From positions 32,001 to 96,000 of IMG/VR virus record IMGVR_UViG_3300028800_000005: 64,000 nt of DNA; one strand, written 5' to 3'. Below are positions 19,874 through 30,389 of the stretch, one piece after another. The notes beneath the pieces were generated by a model, which did no database searches, was not told where the DNA came from, and saw only the letters and a list, made by a program, of their open reading frames with translations. A program made the translations under genes and the position numbers. The stretch is from a virus. Within the stretch, counting starts at the first letter, position 1. Every line of letters begins with the position of its first letter.

Positions 19874-20458
19874 TGGACGACACTCTTGACGGAGTTTACA
19901 AGTGGCTAGTGGAGGTCGTGCACTTCCCGTTCGACTTCTTCTTCGGGGACAAGCCGGAGTGGATGGACGTCGAGCGGCTAGCGACGGCCTGGTGGCTGTA
20001 CGAGGGGAAGCAGGAGTCAATCGAGGACTACGTGGGAACTATCTACTACGAGACTTCATGGCCAAGGGATAACTGATGGAAGCGATCGACGGCCGGGGAA
20101 ATGTCTGGACGAAATTCGATGACGCGGAGTTCCCGTGGCACATCACGAAGCTTACGACTGATCCCGACTGGAGCACGACAGCGGGCTGGCACTCCGGACG
20201 GGCCAGGAACCTTCAGACTATCGAGATGATGTTCGGGGCCGTGGTGGTCCTGGATTCCGAGGAGGAATGATGGCAGAGGCACCTAAGCTCGTAGGTATTC
20301 CGGCGTACGAGATATTCGAATGGCGCGGCGATTACTGGATGACCCTGGGCATCGGTGATGATAACGAGGAGTTCGCCAAGGCCGCCGCCCGGCGTGAGCA
20401 GGAGAGTTACAAGCACGTCCGTCTGTTCAAGGTCACCCGCATCGAGATCGAGTTCTGA
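19873..20458 (+). CDS. Three small hypothetical proteins (19873-20076, 20076-20270, 20267-20458)
   Basis: Consecutive TAATG/TGATG/ATGA coupling. Confidence 0.65.
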
Positions 20459-21414
20459 TGCCTAAGACGGAATTCATCCGGCGGCCGGTGCCGAGTGACG
20501 TTCCGGCTGCCCTGGATGAACTCGGGCTGGACTACTCAGTCTCCGGGGACAACGCGAAGATACTCTGCCTGTTCCACACTGACCATAGCCCCTCCTGCTA
20601 CGTCCATGTCGACAGTGGCGTCTTCCACTGCTTCGTCTGCGACTCGGCCGGTCAGTTCGTGCAGCTCGTACAGCGCGTCAAGGGCCTGTCTGAGGAGAAG
20701 GCGGCACTCTGGTGCCAGACGAGGGCGTTCGGCCGCCTGCGTGGCGCTGCGGAGCGCATGGAGCTATCCTCGCACCGTAACGACACGACCCTGGTGATAA
20801 ACGAGGCGAGCCTTGCCCTGTTCACGGCCCCGCCTGAGCGCGAGCTGCGTAAGCGCGGTATTGATTTGGACGCGGCCGATGAACTTGGGATACTATGGGA
20901 CCCGAAGGAGCGTGCCTGGATTCTCCCCATGCGGGATCAAGACGGGAAGCTCGAAGGATGGCAGGTAAAGAAGGGCCATGATGTCTGGAACTACCCCGGG
21001 GACGACCGGAAGCGGGGAGTCAAGGGCGTTCGGAAGTCCGACTACCTCTTCGGACTCCATGCCATCTCTCACACTGCTCCAGTACGAGGCCTGCTGGTTG
21101 AAAGTCCACTCGATGTTGCTGTCTTCCGGACTGCCGGATTCCGAAGCGCGGTCGCAAGCTACGGCGTACGTGTCTCTTCTAGCCAGCTTGACCTTCTGAC
21201 TGCGCACTGCGACGAGCTTATCTACGCCGGGGACAATGACGAGGCCGGATGGCTGATGGCTGATATCCTGCGGAAGGAGTTCAAGCGGCTGCCACTTAGT
21301 TTCTATAACTACGGGAAGACTAAGTGCAAGGACCCGGGAGAGATGTGGACGAAGGGGGAGGACATACTGTGGGGCATAACGAACGCGACGCGCGCACTGA
21401 CGACGAGGTTCTAG
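20458..21414 (+). CDS. DNA primase (CHC2 zinc finger + TOPRIM)
   Basis: CLFHTDHSPS..FHCFVC; LVESPLD; GDNDEAG; KDPGE. Confidence 0.92.
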   Translation: MPKTEFIRRPVPSDVPAALDELGLDYSVSGDNAKILCLFHTDHSPSCYVHVDSGVFHCFVCDSAGQFVQLVQRVKGLSEEKAALWCQTRAFGRLRGAAERMELSSHRNDTTLVINEASLALFTAPPERELRKRGIDLDAADELGILWDPKERAWILPMRDQDGKLEGWQVKKGHDVWNYPGDDRKRGVKGVRKSDYLFGLHAISHTAPVRGLLVESPLDVAVFRTAGFRSAVASYGVRVSSSQLDLLTAHCDELIYAGDNDEAGWLMADILRKEFKRLPLSFYNYGKTKCKDPGEMWTKGEDILWGITNATRALTTRF

Positions 21415-21634
21415 ATCAACACCTGTGGGCCCAAATGGACCTGCGGGACGACAGTGATAACGTGGTGTGGCACGGGCGAATCTGCATCACGGGACCCGAC
21501 GACATCGACCGCATCAATGAGATCGCCCAGCCTTACCTGAACGTTCCGTTGACAAAGGATGCGGTGTATAAGCTAATCGCGGTGCTGCACGACGCTGGAT
21601 TCCCGTCACGACATGCGAAGGACTGGATCTTCCA

Positions 21635-21811
21635 ATGACGCGCAACTTTTCGGTAGAGCTTTACAAGTACCTGTCCGAGGACCCGGACCGTGCGGAGCGG
21701 TACCTGCTTGAGCCGGAGTACCGTACGGTAGTACGGCGTCTGATAGAGCAGCGGGTTATCAGCCGAAAGATAGAAGACAAGGTAATTCAGAAGATGGAGG
21801 AGGAGTTTTAA
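21635..21811 (+). CDS. Small hypothetical protein (58 aa, not in ORF track)
   Basis: MTRNFSVELYKYL..KMEEEF; ATGA and TAATG overlaps. Confidence 0.6.
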   Translation: MTRNFSVELYKYLSEDPDRAERYLLEPEYRTVVRRLIEQRVISRKIEDKVIQKMEEEF

Positions 21812-22233
21812 TGATTCGATGGATGCTATGGGGACGGCAGTGGGGCAAGAGTTACCAGACACTGGAGTGGTTCAAGGGGGACCCGGTCCACCGTGTTATC
21901 ATCACCCCGAACCTGGTTCAGGCTGAGCAGCTCCGTCGTGAGCTTGCAAACTACTACCCGCACGGCCCGGACGATGCTGCCGCTGAATGGCATGAGCTAC
22001 TGGAGACGAACGTCGTCAGCCTGACGCAGTGGTCACAGGAGGGAGACCATCACGCCAGGTACACCAGGGACTGGGAACGATTCTATCCGGAGGTCGCGAT
22101 AGATAACCTGGACATGATGCTCAAGGGCCTGGTTGGAGCGGACGTCTCCCTGGTTACCGCGAGCGGCGGGAACGACACGCCCGTGGGTCTCGTCATCGAC
22201 CCGCGCACGCTAAAGTACCCGACCATCGACTGA
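21811..22233 (+). CDS. Short P-loop-like protein (terminase/helicase ATPase fragment-like)
   Basis: WGRQWGKS, VIITPNLVQAEQL, VAIDN. Confidence 0.55.
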   Translation: MIRWMLWGRQWGKSYQTLEWFKGDPVHRVIITPNLVQAEQLRRELANYYPHGPDDAAAEWHELLETNVVSLTQWSQEGDHHARYTRDWERFYPEVAIDNLDMMLKGLVGADVSLVTASGGNDTPVGLVIDPRTLKYPTID

Positions 22234-22236
22234 CCC

Positions 22237-23889
22237 GTGCTGACCGGAAAGCTTCACCCGTACCAGGACCCCTGTGTTGACGCCGCGCTGGCACGGGGGC
22301 GGTACCTTATCGCCGCAGACATGGGTACCGGCAAGACGGTCATGTCCATAGCAGTGGCCGAGGAGCTGCTCGGGTGCGGGGACGTCTCCCGGGTCCTGAT
22401 TGTCGTCCCGTCTTCCCTGAAGTACCAGTGGGCCCAGGCCCTGGCGAAGTTCACCGACCTGCCGACTAAGGTGGTCAAGGTAGGCAAGCACAAGATCACC
22501 GTCCCGGCAGATCCAAGGTGCGTTGTAATCAACGGGCGTGCATTCCAGAAGAACAAGGTCCAGTACTCTGCGGCCGATGACCGTAAGCGCCAGTACAATT
22601 CGGTGACCGACGCGACTGAGTACGTCATCCTGAGCTACGAGTCGATCCTTGATGACTCCCGGCAGGTACGCAAGCTCAAGCCCGGCCTGGTCATCCTTGA
22701 CGAGTGCACCCAGATAAAGTCCTTCCGAGCGCAGCGGTCAAAGAAGATCAAGAGGATGCTTGACTCCGAGTACCGACTCGGACTGACCGGTACCCCCATT
22801 GAGAACGGCAGGCCCGAGGAGCTGTTCTCTATCATGCAGTGGGTCGACGAGGACGTGCTCGGCCGGTGGGATTTCTTCGACCAGACGTACATCCGCCGCG
22901 ATTCAAATGGCATATCCAAGGGGTACAAGAACCTGCCGGTACTGCGCGAGCGGCTGGCCCCGGCGATGTCCCGGCTATCCAGGCACGACCCGACCGTCCG
23001 GTCGTACATGCCAGACGTGACCGAGGACCGCTGGTCAGTAGAGATCACCGGCCCTATCCGGGACGCGTACATGTCGATGGCCCGGGACCTTTACGCGGAG
23101 CTGAAGAACATTGGATTCGCCGGGAGGTCGTTCTCCGTGGCGGATTACTACGGGGGAGCGGCGGACGAGAGCACTAAAATCGGCAAGATCATGGCAATTC
23201 ACACGGCCATGGAGATGCTGCTCGACCACCCTGACCTGGTAGTGAAGTCCGCCATGGAATACGAGGCCACGAAGAACCTGCCTTTCGAGAAGAGAAAGGG
23301 ATCGAAGTACGCGTACCAGGTATGGCAGGACGACCTGCTTGATGACGTTTGGGACAGCCCGAAGCTGACCGAGCTGACCGAAAGGCTAACCCGCGCGCTG
23401 TCCTTTGACGCCAAGGTTCTGGTGTACACCAAGTACCGGTCGATGCTCCCGGTACTGTCGGAAGCGATCGGTGTCCCGTCCGTCCTGTACCACGGTGAGC
23501 TGACGTCCAGCCAGAAAGCGGCTGCTGTGGCTAAGTTCTCCGCACCGGCCGGGCCCCGCGTCTTCCTGTCATCCCATGCCGGTGCCTACGGCTGTGACAT
23601 GAACATGGCTGACCACCTGGTCGACTACGATAACGCCTGGCAGGCGGGCAAGGCTGACCAGATCGACGCGCGCCACGTCCGAGCCAGCAGCGAGTTCAAG
23701 AACGTCTACGTCCACAAGATGGTCTGCGAGGGGACGGTGGAGGAACGCATCCTCCAGATGCAGCACCACAAGCGACGTGTGTCCGGCGCGGTCATGGACG
23801 GCAAGGGCGCGGACAAGTTCGGCCGCGTGGAGAACGACGTCACCGGGCTGACGGCGTTCCTTGAGGGCACGGTCGACGGCTTGATTTGA
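22237..23889 (+). CDS. SNF2-family helicase
   Basis: ADMGTGKT, VVPSSLKYQW, ILDECTQIK, LTGTPIEN, QIDARHVR, TVEERI. Confidence 0.93.
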   Translation: MLTGKLHPYQDPCVDAALARGRYLIAADMGTGKTVMSIAVAEELLGCGDVSRVLIVVPSSLKYQWAQALAKFTDLPTKVVKVGKHKITVPADPRCVVINGRAFQKNKVQYSAADDRKRQYNSVTDATEYVILSYESILDDSRQVRKLKPGLVILDECTQIKSFRAQRSKKIKRMLDSEYRLGLTGTPIENGRPEELFSIMQWVDEDVLGRWDFFDQTYIRRDSNGISKGYKNLPVLRERLAPAMSRLSRHDPTVRSYMPDVTEDRWSVEITGPIRDAYMSMARDLYAELKNIGFAGRSFSVADYYGGAADESTKIGKIMAIHTAMEMLLDHPDLVVKSAMEYEATKNLPFEKRKGSKYAYQVWQDDLLDDVWDSPKLTELTERLTRALSFDAKVLVYTKYRSMLPVLSEAIGVPSVLYHGELTSSQKAAAVAKFSAPAGPRVFLSSHAGAYGCDMNMADHLVDYDNAWQAGKADQIDARHVRASSEFKNVYVHKMVCEGTVEERILQMQHHKRRVSGAVMDGKGADKFGRVENDVTGLTAFLEGTVDGLI

Positions 23890-23915
23890 TTTGGGGAGTA
23901 ACTCTGGGCTACCCT
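23886..23915 (+). promoter_or_regulatory. SigA-like promoter
   Basis: TTGATT-N18-TACCCT. Confidence 0.5.
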
Positions 23916-24060
23916 GAAGGGGAGCTTAGGAGGCTGACATGACAGACAAGCCACGGTACACCTACCAACTGCAGTACCTGCCATGGCTAGGGGAACCTCG
24001 CTACGTCCTGGTCGACCCTGAGGCGCTTGACGGGGACACGATCATCCGGGGGGAGAACTA

Positions 24061-25210
24061 GTGAAGGCAAAGAAACTGCTCGCCCATTTCCTGGAGTACT
24101 TTAACCTTACTCGGGAAGAGGCCGAGCACGTCTTCCACTGTTTTTCATGTGAACTCTCCGGACTGGAGGGTGCCCAGGAATTCTGCCGGGAGTTCATGGT
24201 TGAGTTCCGTGGATGGACACCCCCGGTCCTGACGGAGGACGATAAGCTGTTCTCCCGGGCCCTGCAGAACTTGTGGGCTCCGTATATCCTAGATCAGATG
24301 CCCGTACTGAAGTTCGAGAAGTTCCAGGCCAAGGAGAACCAATGACGACACGTAAGCGCCGCCGCCCGGCTCCGTCAATCGACATCGCGCACACGTTCCA
24401 GACGTACCTGTTCCAGCGGGAAGTCGCCGCGACCGCGACGAAGGAGAAGGAAAAGGCCGCCAAGGAGCTGCGGAAGGCTACCATTGAGCGTGGCGTGGTA
24501 GCCCTTGACGAGTACGGTAACGAGATCCACGGCGGGAACATCGAGTACGCCCTGGACGACCCTATCCAGGTCGGTAACAAGGTGTACGCCGGGATGGAGA
24601 TGCGGAAGTCCCCGCAGATATCATTCGATGAAGACACTGCCATGGACCTGGCCAGGGCCAAGAAGATCCCGTTGGCTGATGTCGTCGGCACGGTCACACT
24701 CACTATGTCCTACTCGGACTACGAGCAGCTCCAGCGGGAAAGCACGCTGGACTCTTGGGACATTACCGTGTACCAAGAGGTCAACCAGGACGCATTCTAT
24801 GTACTGAACCAGCAGGGCAAGATCACCGACGACGAGCTGGACTCACTGCTTATCGAGGGCGAGCCCAAGTACAGTCTCTGGCCGATCGAAAGGACAGGGG
24901 AATGATCGATAGCATCACGCAAGAAGAACTAGCTGAGGCGTTCATACGCCTGGGGTACACAAGTCGGCATCACGCGCCGAACATCTTCGCGGACATCGAA
25001 GCCCACCGCGAGTACTTCGAGGTCGGGGAAATCTACGAGGACAACAAGGGACGCCGCCTGCTGCGCCGGGAGAATGACCTGTGGCCGTGGCAGGTCATTA
25101 CGTATGTCAAGGGTGATCCGATGACCCAGCACGATGGGAGTCACTACGGGACGCTGCAGCTTGAGACGTTTCCGGAGCGCCCGCTCAGGAAGCTAGTCCC
25201 GGAGGGGTAG
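24061..25210 (+). CDS. Three hypothetical proteins (24061-24345, 24342-24905, 24902-25210)
   Basis: ATGA-coupled ORFs with RBSs; starts revised from the ORF track. Confidence 0.65.
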
Positions 25211-25212
25211 CC

Positions 25213-25548
25213 ATGGAGATCCTGATACTGAGCCTGGTCGCCCCTCCCCTGGGGCTGGCTTCCTTCTGGTTCTCGCTGCGCCACCCGTGGGGATGGATCT
25301 TCGGGATCGCGCAGTCGGTTGTCTACGCCACGCTCGGTGTCGCCAGCGGTGCCATCGGGCTGCTGATCTTCTCCCCCCTGTACATCCTTGTGTTCTCCAG
25401 GAACTTCTACCTAGCGGAGAAGGACCACAAGAAGAAGCTAGCCAAGAAGGCTAAGAAGACAGCCAAGAAGCAGGCAAAGATAGCCAGGCGCGTGGCCGAG
25501 GAAAACGCTACGCTCTGCATAATAGGAGGCAGTAATGCCAAAGGGTAA
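25213..25548 (+). CDS. PnuC-like small membrane protein
   Basis: RHPWGWIFGIAQSVVY..YILVFSRNFY; three TM segments and a Lys-rich tail. Confidence 0.55.
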   Translation: MEILILSLVAPPLGLASFWFSLRHPWGWIFGIAQSVVYATLGVASGAIGLLIFSPLYILVFSRNFYLAEKDHKKKLAKKAKKTAKKQAKIARRVAEENATLCIIGGSNAKG

Positions 25549-25765
25549 GGGAAAGGCACCCCGGCCTGAGATCATCCCGCCGCCGCCCCTGACCGCTCCC
25601 GTCCCGGAGCTGTTCACGGATGCCGACCGGCAGCTACCCGGCGCGGTCCAGTGGGTCCGTCGCGGTATCAAGGAACTGATCCAGAAGGCGTACTACATCG
25701 GGTACAACGATGGGTACGCGCACGGGTACCAGGACGGCACCGATCACGGGCACGTCAATGCGTGA
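25535..25765 (+). CDS. Hypothetical protein with GYxxG repeats
   Basis: AYYIGYNDGYAHGYQDG; GGAGG RBS. Confidence 0.6.
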   Translation: MPKGKGKAPRPEIIPPPPLTAPVPELFTDADRQLPGAVQWVRRGIKELIQKAYYIGYNDGYAHGYQDGTDHGHVNA

Positions 25766-26159
25766 CGAGTACTTCATCCCGGGACTCAAGGGCCCGCAGA
25801 AGTTCGCGGCCCCCGAGCAGCATGAGGATGCCCTTGACGCCCTGCTGGGCCATCCGATCCTGATGCGGTACCAGGGAGAGGTCACCGAGTTCTACAAGAT
25901 CGGCGCGCTAGCGAGGTCCCTGAACAGGTCCGTTGTCACCATCAGGAAGTGGCAGGACAAGGGGATAATCCCGAAGCCAAACTTCGCTATCCCTACGAAG
26001 GCACTGGGTGGTAAGATCCGTCTGTACTCCCGGCCGCAGGTGCTGGGACTCCGGGAGATCGCGGAGGAAGAGGGCATCCTGATCGACACGACCAAGGCCA
26101 TAACCCACACGCGCTTCGAGGAGCGCGCGTTTAACCTGTTCAGGGAGCTTAGGCAATGA
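25758..26159 (+). CDS. MerR-like HTH DNA-binding protein
   Basis: YKIGALARSLNRSVVTIRKWQDKGIIP..RLYSRPQV. Confidence 0.85.
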   Translation: MRDEYFIPGLKGPQKFAAPEQHEDALDALLGHPILMRYQGEVTEFYKIGALARSLNRSVVTIRKWQDKGIIPKPNFAIPTKALGGKIRLYSRPQVLGLREIAEEEGILIDTTKAITHTRFEERAFNLFRELRQ

Positions 26160-26759
26160 GGATCGAGATACGGGACACTGAGGAACTGGTCCAGTACCTG
26201 CATCCGGCCACGATACATGAGGTACGGTTCGTGCATGACACTGGAGGTTCGTCAACGTCTACCTCGGTGGAGCGAATGACCACGGCCGAGCTTAGGGAGC
26301 TGTGGGAGCGGGTTACTGACAGATTGGGGAGCATACGGTGAAGGCAACCCTGCGCATGATAGTTCCGGGCAAGCATGCATGGAGCGAGAAGATAGATCTA
26401 ACCATGACCATGACGGACGAGCGCGCCGCCCGGCGCACGTACGAGTACCTTACCGAGCGCGAGATCGGTGCCGAACTAACCACCACTAAGCAGGTCGTAG
26501 AGAAGAACGGGCTATGATAATCGAACGCAGCCGCGAGCACGTGGTGAACCTGGGGAACTACGAGTCCGTCCGGGTCGGTGCTAGGATCACCCTGGACCGG
26601 GCGGATATCGAGGAGCTACTGCAGGATGGCCTGAAGATCGAGGACGTTGTCACCCAGGCTGACGAGTGCCTTGATGCCCTGCTAGCCGCCGACCTCGCTG
26701 AGGCCGAGCAGAATGTCCCACCGGACAAAGAAACGCACCTCACGACCTGGAAGAAATGA
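26156..26759 (+). CDS. Three small hypothetical proteins (26156-26341, 26338-26517, 26514-26759)
   Basis: ATGA/GTGA coupling; the third carries a VNLGNYESVR motif common in phage replication regions. Confidence 0.6.
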
Positions 26760-26781
26760 GAACTACCCCCCAGCGGTAGTT

Positions 26782-26811
26782 TTGACCGGGGACAGTGGGC
26801 CCCAGTACCCT
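26782..26811 (+). promoter_or_regulatory. SigA-like promoter
   Basis: TTGACC-N18-TACCCT upstream of the SSB gene RBS. Confidence 0.6.
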
Positions 26812-26840
26812 TAGTACGGACATCACATGGAGGAAATTCA

Positions 26841-27662
26841 ATGGCCCGAGCACTGCGCCGTAGCGTTAACCCAGAGCCCGAGGACGAGGAGGAGGTCGAG
26901 GAGCGCGCCGAAAGCCGTCGCCTCTCGAAGTCCGCTGGCCGTCGCACCCGTAACGTCGAGCCCGAGGACGACGACGAGGACGAGGAGGACGAGCCGCGCG
27001 GTGGATTCCGTAGCCGGTCTTCCAAGCGTCGTTCTTCCCGGGACGACGAGCCCCTTAGTTCTTCTCTCGGCAGCGGCTGGGACGCCTACAAGAAGAACAA
27101 GGCTAAGTCCAGCAAGTTCAACAGTGAGGACCAGTTCAAGGTCCCGATGCTTCCCAAGGAAGACGAGGCTCTTATCCTTTTCCTTGAGGAGAAGCCTTTC
27201 GCTACCTACAATGAGCACGGCGTTGGCCAGGGCAAGGGGTACCGAGCGTACGTCTGCCTAGGGGATGACTGCCCGTTCTGTGAGTTTGGGGACTCTCCCG
27301 GGTACCGTGCCGTCTTTAACATCGCCGTCTTCGACGACGACGGGAACGCGTCCGTCAAGTACTGGACGGCCACCCCGGCTCCACTGGACGAGATCGAGGA
27401 GCATGCCTTCAACGATCGTTACGGCCCGCTTAACAAGCCAGGGAACTACTACGTGGTCTCCAAGAAGGAGCAGAAGAACCACTTCAACAAGTTCAAGGTC
27501 GAGCGGGTCACTGAGGACCAGGTTCGCGCCGAGTTCGAGATCGAGCCGATGTCAAAGGACGAGATCAATGAGCTGCGGGACGAGATGTTCGCGGCGAAGG
27601 ACGTCGTCCGGGTCAAGACCCGGCGTGAGCTGCGCGAGGCCGCGAAGGACGCTGAGGACTGA
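26841..27662 (+). CDS. gp32-like single-stranded DNA-binding protein
   Basis: H..(x)n..CLGDDCPFC zinc motif; long charged N-terminal arm; near PolA. Confidence 0.7.
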   Translation: MARALRRSVNPEPEDEEEVEERAESRRLSKSAGRRTRNVEPEDDDEDEEDEPRGGFRSRSSKRRSSRDDEPLSSSLGSGWDAYKKNKAKSSKFNSEDQFKVPMLPKEDEALILFLEEKPFATYNEHGVGQGKGYRAYVCLGDDCPFCEFGDSPGYRAVFNIAVFDDDGNASVKYWTATPAPLDEIEEHAFNDRYGPLNKPGNYYVVSKKEQKNHFNKFKVERVTEDQVRAEFEIEPMSKDEINELRDEMFAAKDVVRVKTRRELREAAKDAED

Positions 27663-27969
27663 TGCCGGGAAAGCAGATCAACGACTGGCAATTGCAGTCC
27701 CTTGTTGGTGCGCTGGAAGCGGCTGCCTCGAATGACATCCGGGATTTCGAATGGGGAAGTGAGGGCACGAGCTACCAGGTGCACTGGGATGACTCCGCAG
27801 AGGAGCACTACATCATCCTGGCTGACTAATGCCTGAGTTCCGATACCCGTACTACGAGCGGGGACCAGACGGCAAGGCGGTGCCCAGGGAGATCATAGTC
27901 GTCGCTGCCACCGAGGAAGACGCGCTTGCTCTGGCAGTAGCGGAATTCCAGCTCCGGATAAACGGATGA
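27662..27969 (+). CDS. Two small hypothetical proteins (27662-27829, 27829-27969; not in ORF track)
   Basis: MPGKQINDW.. and MPEFRYPYY..; stop/start coupled on both sides. Confidence 0.6.
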
Positions 27970-29930
27970 CCGGGAACATTGTCTTCACGGCCGAGCACCT
28001 TCGCTCGGTCGTGGAGCATTTCCTGAAGCAACCTGCGTTCGCATGGGACGTAGAGACAGTCGGGGACCACCGGGGGACGCCCGCGCTGAACACGGTCACC
28101 TGGATCTCCATGGCGACGCACGGCATGACCGTGGTCATCCCCTGTGGTCACCCTCTCGGGACGAAGATCATCGGGACGACTAAGGAACCACGCAAGGACA
28201 AGACCGGGAAGACTAAGTTCTTCACCGTCCCGATCTACGAGGACCCCCCCGAGCAGTTGTCCATCGGGACAGTGGCTGAAATACTGCGCCCGCTGTTCTT
28301 CACCGAGGGCATCACAAAGATCGCGCATGAGGCGACGTTCGACACCGGGTCGATCACTAAGTACTTTGACGGGGAGATATTCCCGGGCCCGTACGACGAC
28401 ACCAAGGTCATCATGCGCCTGCTGGACGAGAACACGGCGCAGAAGGACAACGGGCTTAAGGCTTGGACCAAGAGGATATTCGGGGCCGAGTACGATCACG
28501 AGAACGTCGGCAAGCGGGTAGAGATCCACCCGTTCGACAAGGTCGCCCACTACAGTTACATGGACGCGCTGTACACCTGGCTGCTCTGGTTGCAGAAGTT
28601 CCCCCGGATTGAGCGGGAGGGACTGACGGAGGCGTGGAAGGTCGACGTCGACCTTATCCCTGTTCTCACGGACATGCGGCTTAACGGGGCACACATGGAC
28701 GTCCCCAGCCTGGAGAGTACCCAGGAGGAAATGGGTTCGCGGATGGTACTCCAGGAGGCGGACTGTTACCGTGCTGCCGGGAAGGAATTCAACCTGAATT
28801 CCCCGCCGCAGAAGCAGAAGATCCTGTTCGGCCCGAAGGCAGAAGGGGGACAGGGCCTCAAGCCCTGGAAGCAGACGGACAAGGGCGGCTGGTCGACGGA
28901 CGCTGACGTCCTGGCGAGCTACCCGACGAACCCAGTCTGCAAGGCACTGCTGGCCTATGCCGACACGCACAAGCTCTTGAGCACGTACATCAATTCCTGG
29001 CTAGGGGAACCAGGGAACCCCAAGAAGCCCTGCCTTATCACGGACGGGTTCCTTTACACGGAATTCCAGCAGCACGGTACCGTGACCGGGAGGTTCAGCG
29101 GGCGGACCCCGAACCTCCAGAATATCCCCCGGCCTGACAAGCCGTACGGAAAGCTAATCCGTGGCGCGTTCGACGCCCTGCCCGGTCATAAGCTAGTCGT
29201 CGCTGACTACGGTCAGATTGAACTGGTCATCCTGGCGCACATGCTAGGCAAGGGCAAGCTCTACGATGGTTTCATGCACGGCGTCGACCCCCACACCGCG
29301 CACGCCGCTGGTGTGCTGCACAAGAAGCCGTTCATCACTAAGGACGGGGGCAAGGACGGGGGCATTACCCCGGCCGAGCGCCAGAAGTACGGTAAGACCC
29401 TGGGATTCACGATCGTTAACGGCGCGGGCTGGAAGACGATCGCGGAGACGGCCGGGGTATCGGGCAAGGAAGCCAAGAAGATCCAGGAGGACTACGACAC
29501 CGAGTTCCCAGAGACCGACCGGCTCAAGATAAAGCTGATCAAGCAGGCCATGTCCGTCTCCGGGGTGCCGTACATCCGGACTCCTATTCTCGGGCGGAAG
29601 CGCAGGCTGCGCGGGCTGTTCTCTGACGACTACGGCACGCGCGGGTACAATGAGCGCCAGTTGTTCAACACCATGATCCAGGGTGGAGCGGCCGAGCTTA
29701 TGAAGCTCGCACTGATACGGGTCTACTGGGCATTGAAGGAGCAGGTCCCCGAGGCCAGGCTTAGCCTCACCGTGCACGACGAGATGGTAGTCATGTGCCC
29801 GGAGGACAAGGCCGAGGCAGTGCGGAAGATCGTTATTTGGGCCATGACCGGCGGGGGAATTCAGGACCGCGTCAAGGTACCCTTGAATGTCGACTGCAAG
29901 ATAGTTGACCGTTGGGCAGATGCTAAGTGA
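27966..29930 (+). CDS. polA: Family A DNA polymerase with 3'-5' exonuclease
   Basis: WDVET, HEATFD, YSYMDA (Exo I-III); TVTGRFS..PNLQNIP; ADYGQIEL; TVHDE. Confidence 0.96.
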   Translation: MTGNIVFTAEHLRSVVEHFLKQPAFAWDVETVGDHRGTPALNTVTWISMATHGMTVVIPCGHPLGTKIIGTTKEPRKDKTGKTKFFTVPIYEDPPEQLSIGTVAEILRPLFFTEGITKIAHEATFDTGSITKYFDGEIFPGPYDDTKVIMRLLDENTAQKDNGLKAWTKRIFGAEYDHENVGKRVEIHPFDKVAHYSYMDALYTWLLWLQKFPRIEREGLTEAWKVDVDLIPVLTDMRLNGAHMDVPSLESTQEEMGSRMVLQEADCYRAAGKEFNLNSPPQKQKILFGPKAEGGQGLKPWKQTDKGGWSTDADVLASYPTNPVCKALLAYADTHKLLSTYINSWLGEPGNPKKPCLITDGFLYTEFQQHGTVTGRFSGRTPNLQNIPRPDKPYGKLIRGAFDALPGHKLVVADYGQIELVILAHMLGKGKLYDGFMHGVDPHTAHAAGVLHKKPFITKDGGKDGGITPAERQKYGKTLGFTIVNGAGWKTIAETAGVSGKEAKKIQEDYDTEFPETDRLKIKLIKQAMSVSGVPYIRTPILGRKRRLRGLFSDDYGTRGYNERQLFNTMIQGGAAELMKLALIRVYWALKEQVPEARLSLTVHDEMVVMCPEDKAEAVRKIVIWAMTGGGIQDRVKVPLNVDCKIVDRWADAK

Positions 29931-29954
29931 TATGCTTGCGGCGATAGGAGACTA

Positions 29955-30389
29955 ATGGCGAACGACATGGAACAACCGATTGACCTGACTCCGCTGCTGA
30001 AGACGCGGCTAGCCTGGGACCTGCTGCCTCATGAGGAAATGCACGCGTGGATGGAGAAGCTCGGACTGACTCCGGCGAACAAGGATGTCTCGGACATGGA
30101 GCACAAGGAGGCCCACGGAAGGGCCCAGCTCGCGGCTCCTATTTCCCGCCTTGTCGACGCGTACGTCGCAGTTATCTCAGAGATCCAGGCCGCGTACCTC
30201 GGAGAGCACGCTGAGGCTAACCAGGATCAGCTTGAGGCGTTCACGGAGGACGCGTTCATGCTCGGCCGCGCCGCTGCCCTGGCCGTCCTGGTGGAGTTCC
30301 TGGCGGACGGGGTTCTGGTTTACGGCCCGGAGCTAGTCCAGGGTCTATTGGAACTTGCTGAAGAACGAGAAGACGAGGACGAGAAATGA
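29955..30389 (+). CDS. Hypothetical protein
   Basis: AGGAG RBS; predicted helical. Confidence 0.7.
   Translation: MANDMEQPIDLTPLLKTRLAWDLLPHEEMHAWMEKLGLTPANKDVSDMEHKEAHGRAQLAAPISRLVDAYVAVISEIQAAYLGEHAEANQDQLEAFTEDAFMLGRAAALAVLVEFLADGVLVYGPELVQGLLELAEEREDEDEK

Noticed and set aside
27662-27969. tRNA or ncRNA in the apparent gap before polA
   Set aside because: The gap is filled by two coupled short ORFs; no cloverleaf was recognised here or elsewhere by eye.
27852-28970. Long minus-strand ORFs (also 6833-7915, 37014-37922, 50267-51208, 60485-61366)
   Set aside because: Antisense shadows of well-supported + strand genes in high-GC DNA.
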